Positions 11,464 through 24,854 are shown, counted from the first letter of the whole stretch. The stretch is DNA of 59,975 nucleotides, filler included, from Sphacelaria rigidula (GCA_964200075.2; 6 parts of 6 records of this genome joined end to end with filler, not necessarily neighbours in it), one strand, 5' to 3'. The notes: generated by a model from the sequence alone, not told the origin. Translations and numbers: made by a program.

Positions 11464-13426
11464 CTTACCGGGTGTGTGAGTCAGTTGGGGGTCTCAGTGT
11501 GTAGGAAGCAGCCAAGATACAAGGGCAAGTGCAAGCACGACTAAGCGACAGTAGCGAGGGGTGGAGTAAGCTCGAGGTGTGCGAGTTACGGGATACGGGC
11601 GTCGCGACCATTAGCGAGTAACAGCATCTCGAATCGCTGGCGTAGCTCGTGCGTTCCGAGTGTTTTCTGAAGATTTTCAATGGACTGTTTTGGTTCATAT
11701 TTTAGTTTCTCAGCTCATCTTTTTCGAATGTGCTTTGAAATTTTGTATGGAGAATCGAAAGGGCACTCTGCAAACCACAACTAGGCTCATGAGTGCCCTG
11801 CATAATACTGTTGTGAATTTCGACCGGCTCAGGCTCTAAATTGCCCATTCTCACCTCAATTTTTTGAGTTGAACGTTCAAATTTGGTATAGTTTTGCTAG
11901 GAAAAAAAAAAGAGAAGAAATTTGGGGTCACTGGGGTTTATCTTGTCCATAACTAAGGGACGCTTTAGCGGAAAGTGGAAAGTGATTTGCCCTAAACTCA
12001 TGAACAAGAAAAATTGTACATGACTTGAATCAAACTTATCTTTTTTATTGTGCCTTACTTGCTGTTCTCCGTACCAAAGTTGCAAGTCCAACTCCCAGAA
12101 GTGGGATGAGAATCTGCCTTGTGCTCAACCTACAGATAGATCCACTTGTAGGCTGGTCCAGCTCGTAAAAGAATGGCTTTTCCTCGAGAGACAGCCATGG
12201 TGCCTAGCCCTTGCGGAAGTAGTCGTCAGCTGACAATCTTTGTTTTTATACGGTATGCTGGTTCGAGCACAAAAACCTGTCGGCCTGACGCAACCCCAGT
12301 ACTGTAGGGGAGTTTTCAACACAAGAAGGAGGTACAAATAATGATACTATACAAGGAACGACTGAAAAGCAAAGAAATAATGTCTACGCAACTATGCTTA
12401 TTAGGGCTAATTCTCTTCACATCATGTTTTTGGGTGACGTTTCATCATTGTAAGACATCCATTCAAACGCACCGAATGTAGCAGCTCTCCAAAGCACACG
12501 GGGGTGTGGTGTGGAATACGGACGTCCCACCAGATCATGTATCCATTACTCGACACCGAAACGAGTGCACTGATCTGCTGGCAACCTCGATGGCATAGTA
12601 TCACCAGTATCACCCGTGACGACGACCCCATGTGAAGTCTTCTGCGACATGCGGATATCACCCCGCACCAGACATTTCATGTACGGGAAAATTTCCCACA
12701 ATCTTTTATCGAGCAGGACTCACTACCTTGTTACCCGAGCGGCGCCGGGATATGACAGTTGTTGCGGTTTGCCTCGTGAACAACAGGTCCTCTGTTTTAA
12801 TCCGATCCCCGATGACCGCGAAAAGGGAGTCCTCCGGTTGAGCGGGCAAGCGGTCGTGGAATTGGTCGGGATAAGGACAAGCAGAGTCCAGGATCTTCTG
12901 CGGAAATTGTTGGCTTCACGATCCAACGCACGGCAGAGACATCCATGACCTGAAAACAGAAAAAAAAAAATGGAGAAGTATCGTCTCCGCCAATCGGTGG
13001 AAAAACTTCCCGCGTAGACCTCTTCTCGTCGAAAAAGGTTCGTCATGAAACGGAAGGTGCAGCGGGGACGGACACTTGAGACAGACACTTTTCCCATTTC
13101 CCTCACAGTTTTGTCTTCTGAGAGCTCATGGCCTTTTCACACACCGAAGACTCATCTTCACATAAAAAGTAAGACCTACACACACACATTTCTCCCCCCA
13201 AATGACGCCAACAGATACAAGAAAGAACCAAGAAAGGACCGAAAGAAGCTCGTCGAGTAACCTACTTCCACACTGCACAGAATAACCTGCGATGTACGCT
13301 AGATGGGACGGACTGATCGGATTAATCAATGCCGATACACCTTCTTTACTCGAACGATACCAACAAACTCACACCGCACCCCACTACAGGTCCACCAACT
13401 ATCAGTATAGAGTAACATTTGTGTTA

Positions 13427-16400
13427 TTATCCAAGAACACCGGCTTCATTCCTGAGCTTGTCGAGTAGCTCGTCCACGCTCTCCACTAACACGCCACCCT
13501 TGCGCGCCGGCGGTTGGACCACCTGCATTTTTTGGATCATAGCGACAACCATGAAACAGATCTCGTCAACCGTGCTTTGAGCTCACGACAAATCAAAGAT
13601 GCAAGACGAACTGTCTCCGGGAAACGACGTCGAGGGTCAAGTGTGTGTGTGTGTTGTCATCCCTCCTATTCTGGACGCGAGTCTACACTTTTCGGTGTGT
13701 ATGTAGGCGACTTAGCCGGGGTCACACAGGAAGAAGGCCAACACAGGAGTTTTTTTCTCTTCAATTTGTTTTAGTTTTCGACCGTCCTCCTGTGGTGCTT
13801 GCCTGATCGCGATAGGGGTTCAGTGGTCCCTTCCCTCGTCGACCGTGACGTCGAATTCCGCGTACCCACGACATTGTCGCTCCCCACTGTTGGGCATGGT
13901 GTGAGGAAAAATCCCAGATTGGTTGACTGCACCGAGATTCGAACCTACGACTGAACCGTCACCCGGTTTCGAGGTTGCCAACCGAGCCACCGGGGCGACC
14001 GGTTCGCTTGCCCAACGTTTCCGTCTCTGATATTTTCTCAAAAATTCTAGCAATAGGGTCACCACGACAGGCGGGCTTATGTGATAAGCTCAAGCCACGC
14101 TCAGGAAGTCACGGCTGATGGGCGTACAGTAATTACAGATGGGGGTACGTAGAGAGAGCGAAACGAAGGATGGTCGATCGAAGGTGATACTGTCATCACC
14201 GGATGTTGAACTCAATCGTCGTACCACGGTCGGGGTGCGACTCAAAAAATCATACCCGGAGTGTGTAACCCTCGGCCACCTTTTTCCAAGAGCGGGATAC
14301 GGGGGGTGCTCACCTCCGTGACGACATTTTGCGGTGCGAGATCAATGCCCATTCCCGCTGCCTCCATCACATCCACCTGTTTCTTCTTCGCCTGCCATCG
14401 ACGTTGAAATTAGTGTCAAGATTCACGACGAGGCAAGGGAGCGGAGACAGGGGTACATACTGACCCTGAGATAGCTGAACATCTGACTATCGAAGAACGT
14501 TACGCAAGAAAATTCAGAAGCACCTCAGCCGGTCTTTCAATACATGCAGACATTGTCAAGTCAGCGCGAACCGAATTGCAGTATTAGTTGTCACACGTCG
14601 TATCTTTCTCGCCTTCATAATGTTGGGCAGGGTAGCATATCGAGGCTCGTTGAGTCGCAAATCGGCCGTAACCACAGCTGGAAGAGGCAAGGATAGAACC
14701 TGAGTACCAGTGTCCGTTTCTCGCTCCACCAACATCTTTTCCGCATCTTGGACGTCGATCTGTGTCCAGAGTTGTGCACCACGAAATATACGGCGACAAA
14801 CAAAGCATGCTCGAAAAGTTTAGCACAGTGTCTAGGCTCGCATTCAGGAAAACTGTTCAAACATGTGACATACTGTGCATACGATTGATCTGTGATCATG
14901 GATATGGGTATCCAGCGCAGGATTCATGGAAAACCCACCCAAGGCGGCCATAAAACCCCTTAATCAAGAACGATTTTTTTCAAGAGGACAACCGACATGT
15001 TACCTCTGCGACATCAATCGAAAGAGAATTATGTGATGCATAGGACACACCTTAGCAGCGAATGTCGCTTGAGGCCAGCCTAGCAAACCAGCCAACATGG
15101 GTCCGGTCAGCGAGCAGTCTCCATCAATGGCCTGTTTCCCTAGCAACACCAGATCCGCCTTTTGCTCCTCCACAACCTGAGCTTACCATAAATACGCCAT
15201 CGTTAACAGAGGGGTGATGGATGTATAATTTCAATGTCGTGGGCACCCCCAGTGTTCATACACAAACGTATGAAGATGGCAGATCTTGTCGTACATCATC
15301 CTGCTACCAAACTCACTCAAGAGCATCAAAGGCGCTCTCCAGGGGTTTCGGCAACCGCTAGTACTTTCGATTTTTTCAGTGTTGTCCCATTGGGCATGTC
15401 TCATCGGAATTCGAGAATCGTGATCGACATCGATTTTCCATGTGTGATTTGTGTGCTGTGCCAGCAGGAAAACATTTCCGGAGATGGAAGACTAGCGATG
15501 ACTAGCAGCTTAAGATCCAGTGTCCATCGAGACGCTTCAATGCTGACCGCGAGCGTTACACGGCCCCCAAAACAGTGGTCGATAGCTCAAAGTTCTTTCT
15601 CAACCACGTGCGATGCGCGAATAACGTCTTCGATGCTTGAAGGAACGGAGCGCAGTAGCAATGGTTTTCTTCGACAACAAGAGACACAGCAGAACAGCGC
15701 CAAAATTGCACGCTTCGGGGCAGAAATTTGTGTGGACTTGACCGGTCCCCGAGAAAACCGGTCTCCGAGAAAATTATTAGTTTGGTCAAGAAAACAGCTG
15801 CGGCCACCGGAAAAATGCACAGGTGTTCTGAAACCGTTTCAATGAGTGCAGCAAGACATTGCAAGGTAAAAAAAACGCCTAGACCTCGTTTAACCCTTAG
15901 ACCGCGAGCTTCGTCTTCTGTTGAACCGGCATCAATTTCAAGTGAGAAAAAGTATGCATGATCCAGAAAAACTAATCTCGCGGTCTAAGGGTTAAGGCGG
16001 AAACGACGGGCTCCAAAACAGCACTTTTTCAGATATTTTTGTCTGCCATAAGGAGTGGCCTCACTGCACTAGAGCCAAAAAGATATGTGTTTTGGACCCA
16101 AGACAGTCAATAACGCCCCCTGTCAATTCAGCCCGTGAGGCGTTCAATATTGAGCGCCAGAAATAATTCTTGTTTCGGAATGTGGAGCGCATGCCTAGTA
16201 TCTCCCGATCCCCACACTTCGGGATCAATCATTCACTGGGATGAGCGGTGGCACACGAAATAACTATTGAAAATCGCCGACTACGGAAAAAGAACAAACC
16301 TCCCCTAAAAACTACTTTTTCTTCAAGTAGATGCTACTCTCGGGCTCATCAACCTACACATCACCTTCTTGAGGATCTTCGCGACCGTTAACGGCTCTAG

Positions 16401-17580
16401 CTGCTGGTCGATCCTAACAGACTCGTCGATCATGACGTGCACGCCACGGTCCGCTCCCATGGCTAGTGCGGTACGAATGGTGTCTCCCGCGGCTTTTGGC
16501 CCGATGGACACAGCGACGATTTCGGTCGCGTGCTCTTTTTCCTGCGATGGGAGACAGAAAACACACCCCTCTGAAAATGAATAGCGTCGATGAGTCACAT
16601 ACAGTGCAGTAGGGTAGATAGAGAGCAAGCAATGCCGTTTTGAAACCGGGACCAGAAGATGAGCGTGACTCGAGCTGCATCCTTCGGTTCACCAAGTTAA
16701 TATTTCCTGATACATGTACGTACGGTGCAGCAAAGACAACTGTAAGTTACAAACCGAGGGCATCGACTTCTAAACTATTCCGAAATGACATCACCTTCAA
16801 CCTCACTGCTTCCTCCATCGCATTCTCGCAAAAAGGGTTCATGGACATCTTCACATTCTTCAGCTCCACGCCTGAATTTAACCAAGAATCCACAAACACC
16901 GTACAGACGTATAACGCTTCGCGCAACAAGTGGGGCAACCGATAGATCACGAATCCCGTACAACTGACGGGAAATAACACCTACTCGTATTTAAACTTCG
17001 ATTTCCCCAAACGATGCGGCGGCCTCGCAGCCCAAGATTTCACCACCTTCATTTGCTGTTAACAATTCCCGATAAATGTTTTGGACACCACTTCCATGGC
17101 GTTTATGAGGAGCGTAAGTTCTTGCCCCTCGAGAAAACGAGATTTACCGATTGCTTCTATCGGGGGTGTTATACTTCGTGATCCAAGATGTCGCGATGCT
17201 ATCTGGCAGCCTCGAGATACTTGCTGTGGGCAATTGAGTTTTGAGTGTCAAAGTGACAGAGCCCTCGGAAGTAAGTACGCAGCCGAACAATCCTACCAAG
17301 CAAACCAAGATAACACCTTGCACATACCGTACCGCCACTTTCTAGATTCATGGCCTTCGTCAATGAGACGGCAACGATGCGAGCGAAAGAGCTGTCCGCT
17401 CAAGCACACCCGTGTTGAAGCGAAAGCTTGAAACTGTGTTGAAGCGAAAGGGAGGATGGTTGTTCTTCAGGCTATCTTCTCTGCTAGCTCGTTGCACTTG
17501 AATTCACCTGCTTTGTCTGGCTGTATTCTGACCTTGACCGCGTAGTCTACAACCCTCTTTACCCCTACGAGTACCCTCAT
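13427..17580 (-). CDS. ETFB: Electron transfer flavoprotein beta subunit, 7 exons, 257 aa
   Basis: Exons 17580-17508, 16871-16795, 16541-16365, 15176-15051, 14759-14613, 14391-14314 and 13522-13427 total 774 nt and splice in frame: [18 protein letters not shown]...MSMNPFCE...ALAMGADRG...[10 protein letters not shown]...[22 protein letters not shown]...[16 protein letters not shown]. Confidence 0.97.
13642..14003 (-). mobile_element. tRNA-derived SINE (about 360 bp) in ETFB intron 6
   Basis: A box TGGCTCGGTTGG, B box GGTTCGAATC and a (CA)n tail. Homologous to 10672-11463 and 49893-49964. Confidence 0.82.
15894..15991. mobile_element. 98-bp piggyBac-type mini element in ETFB intron 3
   Basis: Perfect 15-bp TIR CCCTTAGACCGCGAG / CTCGCGGTCTAAGGG with TTAA on both sides. 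Confidence 0.9.
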
Positions 17581-17890
17581 AGTAGTTGTCCTGTTTTGTG
17601 GAGTGTCGGGTTACTTGTAGTGTGCTGTATGCACTCGCGTATACAACTGACTGTCGGTACTGTTGTCTTCTCGTGACTTCAACTGCAATTTGGCGCACGG
17701 TGGCGTTTGTATGCGAGTTACGGTTACGTCCACGAATCAATGATGAGAGATCTTCGGGCGTCTGGTATCTTCTGTACGAACACAGACTCGCCGTTTGATT
17801 GATCAGGTAAGAAAATCGTAAAAGTACGATGGGTAGCTATTTTTTCACTTCATAAGCACAATTATCTGCAGCCAGTAAGATCAAACCGAG

Positions 17891-18838
17891 TTGAAACTTG
17901 CCCTGAAACACACGATGCAGACACATCAGCACGCGTCTCTGCCAAACACAGCGGCAACTCCGCTGAAAACGCTCTCGCTCAGCAGTCCTCGACTACGACC
18001 CAACGTATGCCCATGGGGAGTGGCAAAAGTTAAATTATCGGCCGCCTTACGTGTCTCCTCGGGCGATCAGCATGCGATTCACGTTGATCTACCCTGCAAC
18101 GACGTAGACATCAGCGTTTTGCTACCGGAAGACAAGTTCGACTGTTACGCTGAAAACAATGGGAAGCCACACAGCAATACGACAAGCCTTGATGTGGACG
18201 TCATGGGTTGCGACCACGGGATCACCTTCAGCATCGGCACGGCTACATTGGAAATGCCGTGTTTCTTGAACCCGGCACTAGGACAAACGTTGTCGAAGCC
18301 CACAGCATTCAGATTAGCCTTGGTTGACGGAACACGCGCACGGGTAGGAATAATCAGCGGCGCGTTCGTTGCTGCCACGTCTACGGTAAAACGGCCGGCA
18401 GTTGCCTTTGACATAGTCTCTACCGTTGCCCAAGATTCCACCGATGACGCGCCAGAGTTAGATAATGGTGAAGACGGGGAACGCAAAATCAATAAAGTGT
18501 ACGAAGATGGGGCGATACAAGACCAAGGGGGAGACGCAATTGAAGCTAAGGTGGCGGCGTTGCTGGATCTGGCGTCGAGCATGCTGACAAACGGCACGGC
18601 GGGCTTGGCCTCGGTCGCGACGGGAGGGTCTCGACAAAATCATCGTGATATCTTACCCAAGAAACACAGCGGAAGAAGTGCAGGGAACTGTGGTGCGGTG
18701 CAGAGCGAGGTGACAGCTGACGGAGGAGGGGGAGGGCGTTACATCAACCAGGGCCAGGTGCATCCCGGACGTGATAGTGGAGTATCCGTACCCAGCAGTT
18801 GTGAGCTTTCAAGGTCGCCTTTCGATGAGTGTGGCTGA
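17891..18838 (+). CDS. Probable coding exon of an unknown protein, divergent from ETFB
   Basis: 315-codon open frame (first ATG at 17915), about 330 bp from the ETFB ATG. No recognisable motif. Confidence 0.5.
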   Translation: MKLALKHTMQTHQHASLPNTAATPLKTLSLSSPRLRPNVCPWGVAKVKLSAALRVSSGDQHAIHVDLPCNDVDISVLLPEDKFDCYAENNGKPHSNTTSLDVDVMGCDHGITFSIGTATLEMPCFLNPALGQTLSKPTAFRLALVDGTRARVGIISGAFVAATSTVKRPAVAFDIVSTVAQDSTDDAPELDNGEDGERKINKVYEDGAIQDQGGDAIEAKVAALLDLASSMLTNGTAGLASVATGGSRQNHRDILPKKHSGRSAGNCGAVQSEVTADGGGGGRYINQGQVHPGRDSGVSVPSSCELSRSPFDECG

Positions 18839-19367
18839 CCTCTGTGAAGCTTGCGGTCGAGTTGTTTGCGCCCATGCCGCCGCAGTTTATGTCGTTGGGA
18901 AATCATGTTTGCAACTGACCATATTGATGATGCTGGAGTGCAGAGGGTGCTAGATTTCGAATTAGAAAATATCACGGGCGTAGGTCATCTGTCGGATCAG
19001 CATCCATTTGAATTGAAACATCAATGCTTCTGGCCTGTCCTCGCGGTGAAGGGACGAAAGCCGATTCGTATTGAGACAAAAGAAGAAAGCGAAGGAAAAA
19101 AGCAAGCAAGGCGGCTTGTCTACCCACAACGATCGGTCTGTATCGTACCGAGGGAATACGAGACAACAGGGGATTCTCAGAAATGGAGTTGAACAAAAAA
19201 ATGAGGTCAAACCGAGAGTGCCCCCAAAAATACCCTCGGAAACCTTATGTACCCCCCCCTCCCCCCCGGCGGTCCCCCCCTCACCTCTGGACTCTTGGGT
19301 TGGCGTCGAGTGACAACGGCGCTGTAAAACAAGCCACCAAAACCTGGACAAATATGCAGACTGTCAC

Positions 19368-19681
19368 GAAATAGAAAAGCTAACCTCCTTCTTATTTAAT
19401 CTCCTATAACACTGCCCGGACATAGACATGAAATAGAGAAGCTAACCCCCCTTTTTATTTACCCTACAAAAACACAGCCCGGACATAGACAGGAAATAGA
19501 GAAGCTAACCCTCCTTTTTCTTTAACCTACTATAACACAGTCCGGACATAGACATGAAATAGAGCAGCTGATCTTCCTTTTTAGTTACCCTACTATAACA
19601 CAGCCCGGACATAGACAGGAAATAGAGAAGCTAACCTTCCTTTTTATTTACCCTACTACAACACAGCCCGGACATAGACAT
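19368..19681. repeat. Minisatellite, 5 copies of about 62-63 bp
   Basis: GAAATAGAGAAGCTAACC...CCCGGACATAGACA repeated head to tail. Confidence 0.92.
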
Positions 19682-19926
19682 AGAATTACGGAAAAGAACC
19701 GAGATTCTCCCCCATCATACCATAACAAACGCAAGACGATAATGAATCCAAAATCTAGACATGTAAACAACAGCATGAAGGTTGACCACCTTAAATGAAA
19801 ATCCCAAATGCAGAAGATATAACCAGTACGGGTAGGGTAGGGTCATCACCCTCTCCATGTCAAATTCATATGGAGGTTGGGGCCTCGTGGTGAGTTACCC
19901 GTAAAACCTTACCGGCTTCCAGTAGG

Positions 19927-20026
19927 NNNNNNNNNNNNNNNNNNNNNNNNNNNNNNNNNNNNNNNNNNNNTTAATTAATTAANNNNNNNNNNNNNNNNNN
20001 NNNNNNNNNNNNNNNNNNNNNNNNNN
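19927..20026. other. Artificial contig linker
   Basis: 100-bp N/TTAATTAATTAA/N. Confidence 0.98.
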
Positions 20027-20504
20027 GTTATCGTGAGATGATATGACATATTTGCCCTCGGATTGCATTGGTTTTCGGCCTCTCTTTCTCTCTCCTCGTG
20101 TGCGCTTGCGGAAGGTAGCGTCTTTATCTTTTATAAATCGTCATTGGGCTGAAGAATGGTTCGGCAGACCCGCAATCGCATCAACCTATAGCCTTCTATT
20201 CAGGGTCATCATCCACCGTGTAACACATAGCGATATGCCCAAGTTGCGCTGATTTGGGAAACTTGAGAAGTTGTGGTGTAGAAAGCGAATGTGGGATTTA
20301 CTGCTGGCCCAGCTCATACAAGGTCGCGTTAAGGAAAACGTCTCTGGAAAATGACCAAAACGACTTGTCTCAGCGACGTTTTTCAGTTCATGAGAAGCGG
20401 CCTAAAATGAGGTTCAAAAGGCACAACTAACTTTCACGAATGGTGCGGAACAGTTACACCAAGGGAAATCATCCCCCCCCCCGACAATCTGTAGCAGTTA
20501 TTAA

Positions 20505-21604
20505 AGAATTTTAGAAGATGTTTTTTTTTTCATCACAGTCAGACTGCAGAGCGGAAGCTTCGAAACTTCATAGTGGGCGTTAAAACGTTTTTAGCGGAAG
20601 CTGATGTGACGTGGCTTGACGTGATATTATTTCGTCGCAGTGATTGGCCGTAGGTTGCCCCGCCGAATGTACGATCGACCAAGGTCCGGTTTAAAAGTGC
20701 GTAAGCTGGCACAACACTGACTGTACCGTACACTGCGGCATCCTACGCACCGTACACTACGCGTTTTCACTGCATCTGCAGTACTTCAATCCACTACGGC
20801 GCACTACAGGGCATTGTAGTGCTGTAGTGCTGTATTGCTATGCAGAGTGGAGTACAGTGCAGTACAGAAAGTGCATTACATTACCCTACAACTGTCGGTG
20901 CTTTGCGACGCAATGAACTACTGTACAGCGATACCGTACAGAGAGTCAGTTGTACAAATAGTAGCAAAGACAGTACGGTGCGCAGCACATTCAAACAGCA
21001 GATCTCGGCCGCATTGTGATGATTTTCCCACGTGTCACCCATAACGGTGGTACAAGGCGTCATGATCTCTTACGGGATGGGAATACAGCCAGGTGTAGTA
21101 CTGTTTGTGCGCTGGGTACACTACGGATCGTCTCCATCGCCTTATTCCTCCAGCTAAAGCTGGCAAGAGTGGGGAACTGCACCCAAGGCAACGTGTACCC
21201 GTGGAGCATTTGGATTTTCACGCAACACATCCAAGCGAGTGCTGATACCATGGCGGCGTCAGGGGGGTCTTCTGATTGCGATGCCAAGCCTTTCTACTTG
21301 ATGAATGGCCCATTGTGATGGGTATGGCAGTTTTGGTGGATGATGAATGTCTCACTTAGCTTGGTAAGGTGTAATGACTTTGGACCGGACGTGACCATGG
21401 TGGTGGAGGTGGGCGTGGTTCTTTCTCATTCCGCTATAAACTCTGAAGAGGAACAACGGTTTTCAGAGTGAAGTGGTGCAAACGGCACTCTCACTCTGAA
21501 AAAATCGCTCTAAAGAATACTTCATAGCGGAAAGTGCACCGTGACCGACTATTTTGCCTTCCTCTCTGACTCTAAGATTTGGAAAAACGTTTTCCGAAAC
21601 TCTC
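20505..21604. mobile_element. 1.1-kb nested DNA element with degenerate TIRs at a duplicated (TA)TTAA site
   Basis: TATTAA at 20499-20504 and 21605-21610. The empty site GCAGGTATTAAGCAGG is seen in the opposite arm (about 24025-24040). Ends match at 16 of 21 positions as inverted repeats. Confidence 0.7.
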
Positions 21605-22472
21605 TATTAAGCAGGTGTGGGTAGGTGTACCGAACGAATGCGGTGTACACCCGTGTCGATGACGATATCACCAGAGAGAGGAGCAACACCGGGGAGAAAC
21701 CCCGTCGCCGGTGTCCTTTGTGCGTCCTCGTTTGACGATTCCCAACCGCTCGAGAGATTGGCATCATTATACCATCACATACCCAAGTTGCCATGTGTCG
21801 GCAGGTGAGTTATTGTAGCACAGCCCCGGAAACAAGATCGGGATGCCCACGGTTGTCGTCTCCTGTCTGTGTCGCCGACCAATGCAAAGATCGGTTCCTC
21901 TCTGCCTCTCTGCTTGGATAGGACGTGCCTCTGTGCGCAGTAAAACACGCCGTCGAAAAGCAGGGCGATGTTCCTGTCACCACTACTGCTCTCTCTCGCA
22001 CACACACGTAGAGTCTACCCGACGTGTCTGCAAAACAAGGACAACAGTCTGCCACATCCCAGTTGATGGGATGTATGAGAGATCAAGCGCTCGTGCAGAC
22101 CTTCTTAGCATGCGGAGTGAAAAAATGATACCTCTGGGGGTGACTCAAGTCTTACTGGCGTGACCCATGGCATCCTCTAATCTGGACTTTTCTTCACACA
22201 AACAGGTCGCGTGTTTTAGAGTGGCTGGTGGCGTGTGGCACTGTCTAAATGAACTAGACGGGCTGACTGTCTCACTAGACAGTCTCGCAGAGTTGCACAA
22301 TAGCTGCCAAGCTAAATTTGAGTGCGCGGCAGGAGATGATAATACAATATAGTGCGCTGGGGGCTCTTAATCGGCCGAACAAATCGCACGTAGTCTCTTC
22401 TGAGAGAGGTGCAAAGAGGTAGGTTGGGAGAGAGAGTGAGAGAGTGGAGCCGTGGGTGATTGACGTTGTCGA

Positions 22473-23713
22473 TCATGGGCCGCGATAACTCTCGGAACAA
22501 AAACAAAACACTTCGAAATACCGACAGAAGAAACTGCAATGCCCTGCACACACATACAATACCCTATTGCCGGCTGACAAGCAGGCCCTTTTCAGTATTA
22601 TCCTCATATCCCTTTTGGCTTCGTCGACTGCTTCGTCTCCAAAACTTGCTCGCAAATCCTCTTCGTTCTCACGGTGTACCCTGATGGGATTTGCAACTAG
22701 CAAGGCGTCATTGCAGTTTTCATCCTTGAAATAGGAACACGTCTGGATGTTGAATACCTCGAACCTATCCCTGACATTGGTAGATGTGGTAGCTTTTTCA
22801 TCCCATGATAGGATGCTTTTGTTGCTGCGAATGCGATGGGAATTAGGGGTGTGAGGGGTGTGGAACGGTGCTTGTTGTGCTGTACTAGCAGGCATTACCG
22901 GTGTGCTGTTCACTGTCTGCTGCATCCTGTTCATCAGTTTAGTCAGAAATCTCACTTGCTCTTCCATTGTGGGGTGCTCTTCCCTATTAAAACCTAATCA
23001 AACTATCAGCCTTGCTCAACCTGTACTCAAGCCTGAAGACCTTCACATCTCTCTCTCTCTCTCTCTCTCTCAAATACTCCCCGACTCAAACTCTGCCCTT
23101 GCTCAAACTCTCTCACTTCGACTCAAAGTCTCCTCTTGCTCAAACCCTCTCCAATCTCAAACCCTTCTGCACCGGCGGTAACTCTTCCGCTAGCGTAATC
23201 GCCCGCTCTGATGAGGGGTAAGCGTTCACACAACTCAAGTGCGTGAACAGCAATCAACACCTTGGCTCAGATAAATAGTAGGGGTCAATATAGGTCTAGA
23301 ACACGTTTCGATTATCTCTTCACTTCACCCTGTTAACTCTCCTAGACTCCAATCTACCTCACTAACACAATAACACACGCTCAATATCCCTTACTTCAGT
23401 ATCACACCCACAGACTCACCACGTACACGTATGTTAACCCCCAGAGCAAGGCAGGCAGTTGGCACCCGACCCAAGAACCAAGATGGACTGATCGAAGTGG
23501 GGGATGCACAACCCAGTTGCTCGTATTGCACACGTGACTGTACTTGCATAGCCTACGCCATTAGACATTACTCCTCTGATTGGTTACCAAATCCTCCGCA
23601 ATTGCAATATGGTGCACGCTATTTGTACCGCATTGTATCCTACATCAACGTCGTTCATGGCAGAGCGTGAGCATAGTCAATCAGGTTGTTGGTCTGTCTC
23701 GAGGAAAGTATCA
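22473..23713 (-). mobile_element. Possible LTR-retrotransposon 5' remnant (candidate LTR 23209-23713 plus truncated gag-like ORF)
   Basis: 164-aa ORF MEEQVRFLTKLMNRMQQ... downstream of a TGAT...ATCA-bounded segment. ATCAGAGC at the junction resembles the initiator-Met primer-site core. No diagnostic domain. Confidence 0.35.
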
Positions 23714-24854
23714 CACAACACGAGCCAGTATTTCTAACAGAGAGGAACCGATATTTGCATTGGTCGGCGACACAGACAGCAGACGACCGTGGGCATCCCG
23801 ATCTTGTTTCCGGGGCTGTGCTATAATAACCCACCTACCGACACATAGCAACTTGGGTATGTGATAGTAACATGACGTCAATATCTCGAGCGATTGAGAA
23901 TCGCCAAATAAGGGCACACAAAGGACACCGGCGAGAAGCTTCCTCTCCGCCGTTGCTCCTCTCTCTGGTGATACCGCCATCGACACGCATGTACACCGTA
24001 TTCGTCAGGTGCACCAAGCCACACCTGCTTAATACCTGCTACAGATTGTCGGTGGGGGGGAAGATGCTTTCCCTTGGTGTTACTGTTTCGCACCATTCGT
24101 GAAAGTTAGTTGTGCCATTTAAACCTCATTTTAGTGTTCAACCCCATCTTTGAGGAGCGGTTGTTACACACGAAATCAAAGAAAGTGGTCAAGTTGCATG
24201 GAGTGAAACGTAAAAAACTCAATCACAATCAACGCTAGATTCCCCACCTCGCGAAAACGTTATTGCAAGAAAGTCGTGTTTGGGATGAAACGGAGGGCGC
24301 GGAACATTTCGAACCTCAGAATATATTTGTGCACCCCTATACCGTAGCACCACTTTGGATATCTTGGGGATATCTTCTTCCGCACTCATACATCGAACAA
24401 GCAACACTGCCTGCCAGTAGGGAAGACGTAACACACGTGTGCATGCCGTTGTCGCTGGGATGGAGCGTGAAGCGTGCTTGCGGGATGGCTGTGCAACGTA
24501 TAATGCACTGTCAAGTTCCACCGACTCGTTGTGTCGGTCGCGAGACCGTAAGCTGTCGGAATCAAAAGCGTGGTGCCGCTAAAGTGGCGTCGATGTTTGC
24601 TTCGAAAACTATATGGTAACGTCGACTGTCCGGTGTGGTGCAGGCAGGACGTCGCTGAGAAACTTGCAAGTAGAGAGGAAGGAAAAGATATCATCTAACT
24701 TGGTTTTTCCAGCGTTCAGCACATTGAACATTCGGCCATCAACATTGATGATGGAGCCTTTCATTCAGGATGATAATCCGGAAGGCTGAAATTATCGTGT
24801 CCACACAAATTGTTCGAAATGTTGTTGCATCCCTTCACACACCGGTAGCTATCG

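Larger units (their letters stand above)
20402..24165. mobile_element. Second member of the long-TIR AACA...TGTT family, with nested insertions
   Basis: Left arm 20402-20504 continues at 21605-22150. Right arm about 23735-24165 is inverted and ends CCCCATCTT...TTGTT. Arms are homologous to 661-1600. The extreme left terminus is lost. Confidence 0.7.

Noticed and set aside
15234-15845. 203-aa plus-strand ORF inside ETFB intron 3
   Set aside because: No recognisable motif or splice support. Likely a chance frame in repeat-derived intron sequence.
19368-19681. Regularly spaced repeats resembling a CRISPR array
   Set aside because: The intervening parts are variants of one another, not unique spacers. 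No cas genes and a eukaryotic context, so this is a minisatellite.
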